NCBI GenBank assembly: GCA_965214095.1
Contig: OZ243938.1
Coordinates: 1,024,001 to 1,088,000, forward strand
From: Candidatus Poribacteria bacterium
Lineage (GTDB): Bacteria > Poribacteria > WGA-4E > WGA-3G
Direction of reading: 5' to 3'
Length of the DNA: 64,000 nt
In this document: in pieces, positions 49,038 to 59,042 of the stretch
Layout: each line of letters starts with the position of its first letter
Position numbering within the stretch: position 1 is the stretch's first letter
The notes under the pieces: model-generated
What the model saw: only the letters and a program-made list of their open reading frames with translations
What the model was told of the DNA's origin: nothing
Databases searched by the model: none
Translations under genes and position numbers: made by a program

Positions 49038-50027
49038 ATGGCAAAACTACGTGTTGGTGTAATAGGTTGTAGTGGCATCGGGACAACACACGCATCTGGA
49101 TTAGTCGGATTGTCCAACGTTGAATTAGCCGCAGGATGCGATTTTGTGCAAAGCACTCTCGATGCATTCAAGGCAAAATGGCAAGACAATTGGGATAACA
49201 TTTCTCTTTACACAAGCCATCAAGAAATGCTCGCTACCGAGAAATTAGATGTTGTTACAGTGGCAACTTCTGACCATCGTCATGCAGACCTTGTTGTTGA
49301 TGCTGCAAATGCTGGTGTTAAGGGAATCTTCTGTGAAAAACCGATGGCAACAACTGTTGAAGATGCTGACAGAATGCTGGAAGCAGCTGATAAAAACGGA
49401 ACTTACCTCTCCATTGACCATACCAGAAGATGGCAACCTTTGTGGAGACACACAAGAGAAGAAATCGTCGGCGGCGGACAAATAGGGGATGTTCAATATG
49501 TCATCGGCACGTTGAGCGGTGGACGTGCGATGCTATTTCGTAACGGCACGCATTGCGTAGATGCAATCTGCTATTTTGCCGACTCTACGCCAGAGTGGGT
49601 CTCTGCTGAATTGGAAGATGGCTACGAAGATTACACCGAGTATAAAGGTGATGGTGGACACGACCCATCTACAGAACCATCAGCACACGGATACATCCAT
49701 TTTGCTAATGGAGTGCGAGGATATTATGCGGGTGGTCCGAAATCCACACAATCAGGTTTCCGATGTGAGATAGTCGGTACAAACGGATATATACTGATTA
49801 GTGATAAGGGAGCGACGATTCACCAAGGAGATTCTGTAGAAACAATTAATGCACCATCGTGGGATGTTGTTGGCATTCCTGCAGGTGTTCAAGAGACTGT
49901 CAAACTCGTTGCAGAGGGTGGAGAACCTGTTTCACCGGGCAGTGAAGGACATAAAGTTGTGCAGATAATCATCGGATTTTTGACTTCACAACAACAGGAT
50001 AATGGAAAAGTTATATTGCCATTATAG
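49038..50027 (+). CDS. Gfo/Idh/MocA oxidoreductase
   Basis: GVIGCSGIG, CEKPMA, NGTH. Confidence 0.9.
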   Translation: MAKLRVGVIGCSGIGTTHASGLVGLSNVELAAGCDFVQSTLDAFKAKWQDNWDNISLYTSHQEMLATEKLDVVTVATSDHRHADLVVDAANAGVKGIFCEKPMATTVEDADRMLEAADKNGTYLSIDHTRRWQPLWRHTREEIVGGGQIGDVQYVIGTLSGGRAMLFRNGTHCVDAICYFADSTPEWVSAELEDGYEDYTEYKGDGGHDPSTEPSAHGYIHFANGVRGYYAGGPKSTQSGFRCEIVGTNGYILISDKGATIHQGDSVETINAPSWDVVGIPAGVQETVKLVAEGGEPVSPGSEGHKVVQIIIGFLTSQQQDNGKVILPL

Positions 50028-50032
50028 CACAG

Positions 50033-51190
50033 TCAATCTGCTGGTAGAACAATCGCATTCTCAGGAATCCAATGCAAATATACCTTATCGCCCTGTCTAA
50101 AACGTTGTGTTGTGGCGTTGTCTGTTTTCTGTTCATTACTGGTAGATGAGGTATCTACGCTTTGCCATTGTTGGTTAACAATAATTGGTGTTGGGTAGTC
50201 CGTTTGCACTGTATATTGCACTGTTGTTCCAAGATAGCTTTCGTCTTGTATTACACCGTGCAAGCAATTTGGTGTATTCTGATCAGGTTCTGTTGAAATA
50301 ATAATCCGTTCTGGACGAACTACAACCGTTACAGCAGTGTCAACCTGAAAGGTCTCTTTCCGCCTACATACAAATCTAAATGGTTGTTCTGTATCAACCA
50401 TTACCTCTGTCAATAAACCGTCAGAGTTGACGATTATGCCGTCAAAAAAGTTTGAAGTGCCGATAAAGTCTGCCACAAAACGATTCTGTGGTGAATCATA
50501 AATTTCAGATGGCGTTCCGACTTGTAATATCTTACCTTCGTTCATCACTGCTATCCGATCCGATAGTGCTAATGCTTCTCCTTGATCATGTGTGACATAC
50601 ACAAATGTTATTCCAACTTTGCGTTGCAGTTCTTTGAGTTCCAACTGCATCTGTTTACGAAGTTTCAGATCAAGTGCAGAAAGCGGTTCGTCCAATAGTA
50701 ATATAGTCGGTTCGTTTATCAATGCCCGCGCAAGTGCCACACGTTGTCTCTCTCCACCAGAGAGTTCATCCGGTTTCCGTTCCCCATACCCTTGCAACTG
50801 TATCATATCAAGTGAACGTTCCACTGCATCTGCTATTTCTGCTTTTGAACTTTTTTTCATCTGCAATCCGAATGCGATGTTTTGTGAGACCGTTTTGTGT
50901 GGGAACAGTGCGTAGTTCTGAAAGACGGTATTGACAGGTCTCCGATAGGGAGGCGTTTCTTTCATCAATTCTTCGTTTATATAGATTTCACCTTCATCAG
51001 CAAAAACGAATCCTCCTATAATCCGAAGTGTTGTTGTCTTGCCACATCCACTCGGACCGAGCAAGGAAAAAAACTCACCACCCTCTATCTGCAATGATAC
51101 ATCGTCAACAGCAATAGTTTCACCGAACTTTTTTGTTACTGATGAAAGGGTTATCTGACCTACGGACATGATTGATCCGTTCTCTGACAT
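50033..51190 (-). CDS. potA: Spermidine/putrescine-type ABC transporter ATP-binding protein
   Basis: GPSGCGKTT, VNTVFQNYALFPH, LSGGE, TOBE tail; start may be 51169. Confidence 0.85.
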   Translation of the reverse strand: MSENGSIMSVGQITLSSVTKKFGETIAVDDVSLQIEGGEFFSLLGPSGCGKTTTLRIIGGFVFADEGEIYINEELMKETPPYRRPVNTVFQNYALFPHKTVSQNIAFGLQMKKSSKAEIADAVERSLDMIQLQGYGERKPDELSGGERQRVALARALINEPTILLLDEPLSALDLKLRKQMQLELKELQRKVGITFVYVTHDQGEALALSDRIAVMNEGKILQVGTPSEIYDSPQNRFVADFIGTSNFFDGIIVNSDGLLTEVMVDTEQPFRFVCRRKETFQVDTAVTVVVRPERIIISTEPDQNTPNCLHGVIQDESYLGTTVQYTVQTDYPTPIIVNQQWQSVDTSSTSNEQKTDNATTQRFRQGDKVYLHWIPENAIVLPAD

Positions 51191-52425
51191 ATTACGATAT
51201 TTTCTTCGTTCATTGTTGATGATGTTTTACCAGCAACATTAGTAGGACTGTTCTTTCTTGGCATCCGTTTATTAGGTATATTCCTAACGATTGTTTCTTT
51301 ATGTGAGAACCCGTGTTTGCCAAATGCATAGATAACAAATTCATCTGTTGGCAGTTGCACATCTTTAACCCTACGGTTGCCTACAACATAGCAAATTGTT
51401 GAACGTGGTGAAAGTAATTTAGCAACAGTATCTATGCTATGTCCAAGATCAATGTAAAATGCAGATACATCTTGTGAACGTTTTTCATCTATTGTTTGAA
51501 TTTTTTCAATAGCAGTTGTCACAGGTGAATCTTCAAGAATCCTCTTTGATGGTCGTCCACCCATTGCTATACTATCAATCTTACGTGCGTTGTTTAGACC
51601 TATCCATTCTGCAGACAATCGAGAAAATTGACCGTACGCAACTGTTGTTTGCGAGTCACCATAAGGAGGAGAAGTAATCACCAGATTATATCCACCAAGT
51701 GGTCGTGGTAACGGGAGTTCTCCTGCAACGGTATTGGAGTTACAAATTCTTGCTTCCACATCTTTGCGTTGTTCAAGGTATGCTATTAAACCTTGTCTAT
51801 TTCTGTTGAGTTTTTTGCGAAAGATACCGTATACATCAGGATTGAAATTCTCCAGTTTTTCTGATGGCATTCGATGCAACTTGAATGTGCTTGTTCTTGT
51901 GTATGATACCTCGCGCACAGTCTCTGAAAATGCAACCGTCATGAAGTTACGAATCTGTTCATCTTCCACTATATTAATCTCGCATAGTAAATATGCAAGA
52001 TGTTTCTTAACCTCCTCAGAAAACCAATAATCCAGATTGGGTATGGCTGGAATCGGTGTTTCTGGGATTTTGGCAGTTCCAAACTCAATCTCAAAAAAAG
52101 AATCGTTCAACCTATTAATCTCAAGTTCTAATTCCTTTAGACAGATCGGTGTTACTTTAGATGTTGCGATCAGTCGCACAAGTGGATTGATGTCGCAGCC
52201 AACACTGTGCATACCGAACAGAGATGCCTCAACAAGAGAAGTACCAGTTCCACAATACGGATCCAAGATCCACTCGTCTTCACGACCATATTCATTTAAT
52301 AATCTTCTTGCTATCTGTGGGATCATCATTGCGGGATAGGTGTGAAAGCAGTGGGTGTACTCTTTAGTATCTGCTGTTCGGAAGTCCCACGATTCGTCTT
52401 TGTATTTTTGATTACATGCATTCAT
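51160..52425 (-). CDS. N4-cytosine DNA methyltransferase, M.MvaI-like
   Basis: HTYPAMMIP, DPYCGTGT, TSPPYGDSQTTVAYGQFSRL. Confidence 0.85.
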   Translation of the reverse strand: MNACNQKYKDESWDFRTADTKEYTHCFHTYPAMMIPQIARRLLNEYGREDEWILDPYCGTGTSLVEASLFGMHSVGCDINPLVRLIATSKVTPICLKELELEINRLNDSFFEIEFGTAKIPETPIPAIPNLDYWFSEEVKKHLAYLLCEINIVEDEQIRNFMTVAFSETVREVSYTRTSTFKLHRMPSEKLENFNPDVYGIFRKKLNRNRQGLIAYLEQRKDVEARICNSNTVAGELPLPRPLGGYNLVITSPPYGDSQTTVAYGQFSRLSAEWIGLNNARKIDSIAMGGRPSKRILEDSPVTTAIEKIQTIDEKRSQDVSAFYIDLGHSIDTVAKLLSPRSTICYVVGNRRVKDVQLPTDEFVIYAFGKHGFSHKETIVRNIPNKRMPRKNSPTNVAGKTSSTMNEENIVICQRTDQSCP

Positions 52426-53111
52426 ATTAGTTGTTCCCGTTTACTAAAGCAAAGATTAAGGTATTTTTCGTCAATTCTAAATCCTGTGCCGTGATTTCGC
52501 ACCGATTTGTTTTCTTTTAAATGCATTCTAATATCAACTATGATTTTATCTTGTTTGATTAACTCCAATAAATTGTCCTCATTGGGTAGTGTTAGGTAGA
52601 AGGATTCATTAAACCAAAATTCCTCCTTCTCATCTGAATTAATGCGTGTGTCCGCATTAACAATAACCAACGCGGGCATCTTTTCTCTGAAAGTTTCTAT
52701 TAGTCGTTGACCCATCCATTCAGCAATTAGATTTCCATCTAAGTGATAAAGTCTAACATTTTCGTGTTCTACTTTGACAAAAAGTCCCTGATTGTTCACT
52801 CGTGTATCAACTGTACAGTAGAGAGAGGGACGGTCATTTGTGTCTATATATCCGTATTTCTCGATCAATTCTCGTTGTTTGATTTTCCAAACCCCACGAT
52901 TAAAGGTAAACATGGTTACTCGGTTAGATGCGGAATTTCGCTGAGATTTCAACTCAATATTATCAAAATCTGGCATTTTCAGATTATTTTCCTTTACCCC
53001 AAGTAAGGTTTCAAGCGTATAACCAATACCAGTATTTCCTTTCCGTTTGGTAACAACATATCCCATCCTTTTAATATCAGACAGTTTGTTTTTTAATTCA
53101 GATATATCCAT
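52422..53111 (-). CDS. MvaI/BcnI-family restriction endonuclease
   Basis: GNTGIGYTLE..LG..EN...PD...IELKS and RNHGTGFR; overlaps the MTase start by 4 bp. Confidence 0.88.
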   Translation of the reverse strand: MDISELKNKLSDIKRMGYVVTKRKGNTGIGYTLETLLGVKENNLKMPDFDNIELKSQRNSASNRVTMFTFNRGVWKIKQRELIEKYGYIDTNDRPSLYCTVDTRVNNQGLFVKVEHENVRLYHLDGNLIAEWMGQRLIETFREKMPALVIVNADTRINSDEKEEFWFNESFYLTLPNEDNLLELIKQDKIIVDIRMHLKENKSVRNHGTGFRIDEKYLNLCFSKREQLI

Positions 53112-53191
53112 CAGGTACTCTCCCCTAATACCAATTTCATGAAATTTATTCCTTCCTGGAAATCAGTAGGAATGTTACTTGAGATATTACA

Positions 53192-54004
53192 TCAGATTCT
53201 GCCACCATATTTTTCCAAATCACACCCAATGAAATTTCGCCCTTTTGAGAGTGCTGCTTCCATGACAGAAAAGGAACCGGCAGCGGGATCAATTACATAA
53301 TCACCTTCATTGCTGACAGCAGCAATAAGCTCAGCCTGTAAACCGATTGGTTTTTGATGGGGATGTTCCTTTGTTTTCGTTCTTTCAAGCCAGACATCGC
53401 GAATGTTATGTATTTTCCAAACCCCTTTTGCCTTTCGCGGATGCTTCTGTAGAACAACACAATATTCACACACTCGTCTGGATCGGTACCCCATTCCGAA
53501 CCTATCTTTATTCCAGACGATTAAGTCAACAATGTCTAACGCTGTGCCTTCAAACCATGTCTTGAACCCTTGACATAGATGAAACTTATCCATCCATAGA
53601 AAGAGGTGTCCAGAAGGAATAAGCACATTGTCAATGCCGTGTATGAATTCTGTAATTAGTTCTTCGGACATTTGCATCAATGAACCTCTGCGTTTCTCTC
53701 TGCCTTTTCCCTCATTACCGTAATTCATTTTGTCAAGTATACCCCTATACTGTGGGTCAAGAAACGCTACTGGTATAGATTCTGGAGGTAGGTGTGATAG
53801 AAACTTAAGACCGTCCATCTTTAACCTTGTATTAGGCTGTAGAGGTTCGGGTAAATCTATAGTAGGTGTTTGAACTATCCGTTCAGTGGAGAAGACACTG
53901 TTTGAGATATTATCGGTTGGGTCAGTAAAAAGACTGAGATCCTCATCAGTTGGTGACAAATTTTTCATGTTTCTCCTTATATAATTATCAGATTGCTCCG
54001 TCAA
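53192..54004 (-). CDS. Beta-class amino DNA methyltransferase with DPQY motif
   Basis: FLDPQY, HPHQKP, DPAAGSFS. Confidence 0.8.
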   Translation of the reverse strand: MTEQSDNYIRRNMKNLSPTDEDLSLFTDPTDNISNSVFSTERIVQTPTIDLPEPLQPNTRLKMDGLKFLSHLPPESIPVAFLDPQYRGILDKMNYGNEGKGREKRRGSLMQMSEELITEFIHGIDNVLIPSGHLFLWMDKFHLCQGFKTWFEGTALDIVDLIVWNKDRFGMGYRSRRVCEYCVVLQKHPRKAKGVWKIHNIRDVWLERTKTKEHPHQKPIGLQAELIAAVSNEGDYVIDPAAGSFSVMEAALSKGRNFIGCDLEKYGGRI

Positions 54005-54036
54005 CCTGTTTACCTTTAGAGTATTTATTACATATT

Positions 54037-55482
54037 CTAAGTGTCTGACAAAACGCGTGACAAAATCTGATTGACAAGCTGCGGATTTGCTTTGCCTTGC
54101 GTTGCTTTCATCACCTGACCGACAAGAAAACCAATTGCCTTCTTCGTTCCATCACGAACATCTTGTGCTGGACCAGGGTTTTCCTCAATCACTTGCATCA
54201 CAATCGCTTCTATCTCAGATGTGTCGGTTATCTGTGACATGCCTTTTTCTTCAACAATCTGTTTCGGCATCTTTCCAGTTTCAAAGGCATCGTCTAACAC
54301 AGATTTGGCGATCTTCCCACTGATAGTATTGTCGCTTATTAACTGAATAAGTTCACTAAGATGTGCAGGCGTGACTTTAGAATCTTGTATCTCAATTTCT
54401 GCAGTGTTCAATAATCGCGATAGGTCTCCCATTATCCAGTTTGCACAGATTGACGGTTCTCCACTAATTTGAGCAGCTTCATCAAAGAAATCAGCAACTT
54501 GCCGTGTTGCTGTTAGAAATTCAGCATTTTCTTGTGAGATACCATAGTCATCAATAAATCGGTTGCGGCGAGAAGCAGGTAGTTCTGTTAGAGTGGGTTG
54601 TATTTCTGCTACCCAGTCATCTTCAATCTGGACATGAACCAGATCGGGTTCAGGAAAATATCGGTAATCATCCGCTTCTTCCTTCCCGCGCATTGCGACT
54701 GTCTTACCAGTATCTGCGTCAAATAGAAGTGTTTCTTGGACTACCTCACCACCTGAATCAAGGATACGTGCCTGCCGTTTTACTTCGTAATCCATCGCAT
54801 CAAGGAGTTCTTGAAAAGAGTTCTTATTTTTTATCTCCGTGCGCGTTCCCAACTCCTTACTCCCTTTTGGTCGTAGTGAAATGTTTGGTTCACAACGTAA
54901 ACTACCCTCCTCCATATTGCAGTCACTTACCTCAATGTATTCTAAAATCTCTTTAACCGCACGACAGTATGCAATCGCTTCTTCTGGCGAATGAATCTCG
55001 GGTTCACTCACAATTTCCATTAGCGGAACACCTGCCCGATTGAAATCCATGAAACTGCGAGTTGGGTCACCTGTAACTTCAGCATGTATGGATTTTCCAG
55101 CATCCTCTTCAAGATGAATCCTTCGGAGTGCCACGGTCTTCTGTTGTCCATCAAATTCATAGGTAACCTCACCGTGCAGACACAGCGGTAGATCGTATTG
55201 CGATATCTGATAGTTTTTAGGGAGATCAGGATAGAAGTAATTTTTCCTGTCAAATTTACTGTATGATGTTATTTCACAATTCATTGCTAAACCTGCGCGG
55301 ACTGCAAACTCCAATGCACGTTTGTTGATTACAGGTAGCGTTCCCGGCATGCCCAAACAGATTGGACAAGTGCAATCATTTGCCGAGGAACCGAATGTAT
55401 AAGCACAGTTACAGAACAACTTACTATCTGTGCATAATTCTGCGTGTATTTCCAAACCGATGACTATTTCATATTTGTCCAT
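54037..55482 (-). CDS. gatB: Asp-tRNA(Asn)/Glu-tRNA(Gln) amidotransferase subunit B
   Basis: IGLEIH, RKNYFYPDLPK, DYRYFPEPDL. Confidence 0.98.
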   Translation of the reverse strand: MDKYEIVIGLEIHAELCTDSKLFCNCAYTFGSSANDCTCPICLGMPGTLPVINKRALEFAVRAGLAMNCEITSYSKFDRKNYFYPDLPKNYQISQYDLPLCLHGEVTYEFDGQQKTVALRRIHLEEDAGKSIHAEVTGDPTRSFMDFNRAGVPLMEIVSEPEIHSPEEAIAYCRAVKEILEYIEVSDCNMEEGSLRCEPNISLRPKGSKELGTRTEIKNKNSFQELLDAMDYEVKRQARILDSGGEVVQETLLFDADTGKTVAMRGKEEADDYRYFPEPDLVHVQIEDDWVAEIQPTLTELPASRRNRFIDDYGISQENAEFLTATRQVADFFDEAAQISGEPSICANWIMGDLSRLLNTAEIEIQDSKVTPAHLSELIQLISDNTISGKIAKSVLDDAFETGKMPKQIVEEKGMSQITDTSEIEAIVMQVIEENPGPAQDVRDGTKKAIGFLVGQVMKATQGKANPQLVNQILSRVLSDT

Positions 55483-55581
55483 GGATTCACTCTCATTTCT
55501 ACTGCATATCATAAGAAACAGCGCGAGCACCTACCCTTAACATAGGTAGGACATCTCGCGCAATAAAATAATATTAACATA

Positions 55582-56355
55582 TCACATAGACTGTTCCGAA
55601 AATTCGTTAACAACTTTCACATTTGCTTCCACTTCAGCGCGAGAAGTCATACCGATTGTCATTGCGTGTACACACGGTAAACCCATCACAAACTCAATCG
55701 CATCGCGTTGACTCTCAGCATCTTTCGCCAATTTACCCATACCTAAGACTTTCATACCGTAGATACCTTTTCCAGTAAAAGCCATCTGTTCCATAGTTCG
55801 GATAACATCTGGGGGAGAAGCGTCCATCTGAACACCCGAATGATTTATCCGCGCCAAAACGACTTCTACCCAATCTGTCATAGCAGATGTTTGAAATGCT
55901 CCGAAGTCATGGCAAGAAACACCGTGTGCACGAATCAATCCCTGTTCTTTACACCGAGTCAGTGCTTCCATCGCATCTGGATACCGAGAGGGCCAATCCA
56001 CTTGTGTTAGACAATGAAGCAGAACAATATCCACATAGTCCGAATCTGTCTCTTTTAAGAAACGCTTAACATCTGCTTCCACTTCCTCTCTTGTGCGGGA
56101 TACAGTTTTCGTTGTAATGGTTACGCTACTTCGAGGAACATGTTTGAGTGCTTCTTTTATATGGGGATGACTGCCATACTGGTCAGCTGAATCCCAAAAC
56201 GTAATACCCTTTTCATGTGCAAAAAGCAAAAGGTCACGTAGTGCTTCAAACCCTAAATCTGTCTGATTTGAACGACCATTCCATCCGTTTGATCCTGTGC
56301 CAATTGAAAGACGTGAAACATCTAAACCGGTTTTCCCAAGTGCTACTATTTCCAT
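55582..56355 (-). CDS. Aldo/keto reductase
   Basis: LGKTGL, WDSADQYG, DYVDIVLLH, GVSCH; GGAGG RBS. Confidence 0.88.
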   Translation of the reverse strand: MEIVALGKTGLDVSRLSIGTGSNGWNGRSNQTDLGFEALRDLLLFAHEKGITFWDSADQYGSHPHIKEALKHVPRSSVTITTKTVSRTREEVEADVKRFLKETDSDYVDIVLLHCLTQVDWPSRYPDAMEALTRCKEQGLIRAHGVSCHDFGAFQTSAMTDWVEVVLARINHSGVQMDASPPDVIRTMEQMAFTGKGIYGMKVLGMGKLAKDAESQRDAIEFVMGLPCVHAMTIGMTSRAEVEANVKVVNEFSEQSM

Positions 56356-56451
56356 CGTAAATCCTCCTATAGTCAATATAGAACTTATGCAAGTATAGCA
56401 TTTATTTCCAATCCTTGCAATAAAAACATCAGGGATGCTTCTGATTCCAAG

Positions 56452-56480
56452 TTGACATCTGCAATTAAACCTGCTATATT
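56452..56480 (+). promoter_or_regulatory. sigma70-type promoter
   Basis: TTGACA-17 bp-TATATT with TG extension. Confidence 0.55.
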
Positions 56481-56526
56481 ATTGGTACACAATTTGCCAA
56501 ACAAAGGAAATCTTTCACATAGCCGA

Positions 56527-57510
56527 ATGCATACAAACAACACACACAAATTGGTAGTCGGTTCTTTGGTTGCCGAACCCGGCACCAAAGTAGAAGGACA
56601 TTTATCAGCAGGAACCATGCCAGATGGCACAGCGATACGTATACCTGTTGTCCTCGTTAACGGAAAACAACCGGGAAAAACCTTATATCTTCAAGCAATA
56701 AGCGATGGCAATGAACTCAACGGTATCGCTGTTATCCACGACATTTTGAACCAAATCACACCGGAAAACTTGCGTGGAAAACTTGTTATCGTTCCAGTTG
56801 TTAACGTTCACGCATTCCACGCTAAACAAGCATATAGTCCCGTGGACAACGTCAAAATGAACCGTTGTTTTCCCGGACGACCAGAAGGCACATCAAGCCA
56901 ACGTATTGCCCATCAGTTGTTTGAAAAGGCTGTCCGAAACGCTGATTACTGTATAGACCTGCATCAAGGTGGTGTTCAACCGATGATTGATGAAGTGCGT
57001 GTGCGAGTGAGTAAGAAACACGAATGCCATAGTGCCAGTATGGAATTAGCGAAGGTATTCGGAATAGGCTATATTCTGGATCAAAGAGGACCGAAAGGAC
57101 AACTTGCACAGGCAGCCCCTGACATTGGAATACCGACTATAGATCCAGAACTTGGTGGCACATACGGATGGGATACTACAAGCATCAACAAGGGGGTTCG
57201 TGGTGTGTTAAACGTCCTTAAACACTACCAGTTTATTGATGGCACACCAGAAATACCTGATAAACAGGTTGTCGTCAACAAGTTTATCACAATCGTCAGC
57301 AATAAAGGTGGATTTGTCTACTACAAAGCAAAACTATACGATCAACTACAAGCACAGCAAACAATAGCCGAAATCCGAGATGTGTTCGGAAATGCTATTG
57401 ATGTTGTTAGAGCACCGGAAGCAGGTGTTTTCTGGTCCCATCCAATATATCCAATGGTCGCAAGTGGCGGCATAATTGGAAAAATAGGAACACCTATCAG
57501 TTATATCTAA
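56527..57510 (+). CDS. Succinylglutamate desuccinylase/aspartoacylase (M14) family protein
   Basis: SDGNELNG, MNRCFPG, IDLHQG, PELGG. Confidence 0.82.
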   Translation: MHTNNTHKLVVGSLVAEPGTKVEGHLSAGTMPDGTAIRIPVVLVNGKQPGKTLYLQAISDGNELNGIAVIHDILNQITPENLRGKLVIVPVVNVHAFHAKQAYSPVDNVKMNRCFPGRPEGTSSQRIAHQLFEKAVRNADYCIDLHQGGVQPMIDEVRVRVSKKHECHSASMELAKVFGIGYILDQRGPKGQLAQAAPDIGIPTIDPELGGTYGWDTTSINKGVRGVLNVLKHYQFIDGTPEIPDKQVVVNKFITIVSNKGGFVYYKAKLYDQLQAQQTIAEIRDVFGNAIDVVRAPEAGVFWSHPIYPMVASGGIIGKIGTPISYI

Positions 57511-57624
57511 CAGGATTTAGTCACAAACTGTAGGCACGCTTTATAAGCGCACTGGATTTTCAGAATTTCTCTGAAAAATACACCATTTTAACTATAATTA
57601 TCGAGTTGATTTTAGGAAAACAGT

Positions 57625-58923
57625 ATGCATATAGATAATCGCAAAAACTTCATTGAACAGATGGAATCCGACAGTGTTGCAATCTTTGCAAACGCACCCG
57701 CAGCAATGCGAAATCACGACACAGAATATAACTATAATCCCGATCCGAACTTTTATTATCTCACCGGATTTGAAGAATCGGAATCAATCTGCGTGATAGC
57801 ACCTGACAAGAAAAAAAACAAGTATATTCTTTTTGTTCTCCCTAAAGATGAAAAAGCAGAAATATGGAATGGTAAGCGGGTTGGTGTGAAAGATGCTTGT
57901 AAACACTACGGCGCAGACAAAGCCTATTCTATAAAAAAGTTCAACAAACGCATCGGTAAATACCTAAAGAATGCAAAAAAACTATATTACACACTCGGTT
58001 CAAATTCTCACGTAGATTCACAAATACTTTCCCACTTTAAGCAAGGTGTCTTTTCCCGCATACGCACAGGAAAGGGTATTAATACACTTGTTGACCCAAG
58101 CCCCATTCTCAGTGAAATGCGACTTATCAAGAACGACACAGAATTAGAACGGATTAGGCAGGCAACAAATATCACCGTTGATGGACATATCGCAGCGATG
58201 GTGGCAGCTCAACCGGGTATGTACGAATATGAATTGGAGGGTATTGTTGACGCAACATTCCGTAGCAGTGGTGCAAACGGCACAGCCTTTCCTACAATCG
58301 TCGCAAGCGGTGGAAATGCAACCACCCTTCACTATACAACAAACAACTGCGAAATCAAAGATAATACGCTTGTCCTAATTGATGCGGGGGCAGAATATCA
58401 ACACTATTGTGGGGATGTAACACGTACCTTCCCCATCAACGGCACCTTTACTGAAGCACAAAGAGAAATATATCAAATCGTTCTGGATGCTCATTATGCA
58501 ATTATTGACACTATACGACCCGGTGTATCTATAGATGAACCGCATCAAAAGTCAATAGAATTACTGACAGATGGCATGCTACGACTCGGACTATTAAAGG
58601 GTAAAGCGAAGAAATTGATCAAGAAAGAGGCATACAAGCAATTTTATATGTATCGTATCGGGCACATGCTCGGTTTAGATGTGCATGATGTTAATTGCGT
58701 GCGTGACGCAGAGGGAGAGTATAAAACCTTTGAACCCGGCATGGTCATCACGATAGAACCCGGATTATACATCGCGGAAGGCACAAAAAAAGTTCCACCT
58801 GAATATCTCGGCATTGGCATCCGCATTGAGGACGATATCCTCGTCACAGAAGATGGTTATGAAGTTCTAACTGACGCTGTACCAAAAGAGATTGATGCAA
58901 TTGAGGAACTTATGAATCAATAA
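57625..58923 (+). CDS. pepP: Xaa-Pro aminopeptidase
   Basis: FYYLTGF, LIDAG, GDVTRT, GHMLGLDVHD, EPGLY, IRIEDD. Confidence 0.92.
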   Translation: MHIDNRKNFIEQMESDSVAIFANAPAAMRNHDTEYNYNPDPNFYYLTGFEESESICVIAPDKKKNKYILFVLPKDEKAEIWNGKRVGVKDACKHYGADKAYSIKKFNKRIGKYLKNAKKLYYTLGSNSHVDSQILSHFKQGVFSRIRTGKGINTLVDPSPILSEMRLIKNDTELERIRQATNITVDGHIAAMVAAQPGMYEYELEGIVDATFRSSGANGTAFPTIVASGGNATTLHYTTNNCEIKDNTLVLIDAGAEYQHYCGDVTRTFPINGTFTEAQREIYQIVLDAHYAIIDTIRPGVSIDEPHQKSIELLTDGMLRLGLLKGKAKKLIKKEAYKQFYMYRIGHMLGLDVHDVNCVRDAEGEYKTFEPGMVITIEPGLYIAEGTKKVPPEYLGIGIRIEDDILVTEDGYEVLTDAVPKEIDAIEELMNQ

Positions 58924-59042
58924 CCAATAACAAATGCTTAAACTTTTTATAGAAGCATATACCAATGAACAACAACCTTCATCATACTAATATTTGATAA
59001 ATCACAAAAAACATGTCATAATTCTATTCACAGAGAATTTAG

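Noticed and set aside
55521-55561. Hairpin upstream of gatB as a T-box or riboswitch
   Set aside because: Only a single stem with no T-box consensus; more likely a terminator or degenerate REP
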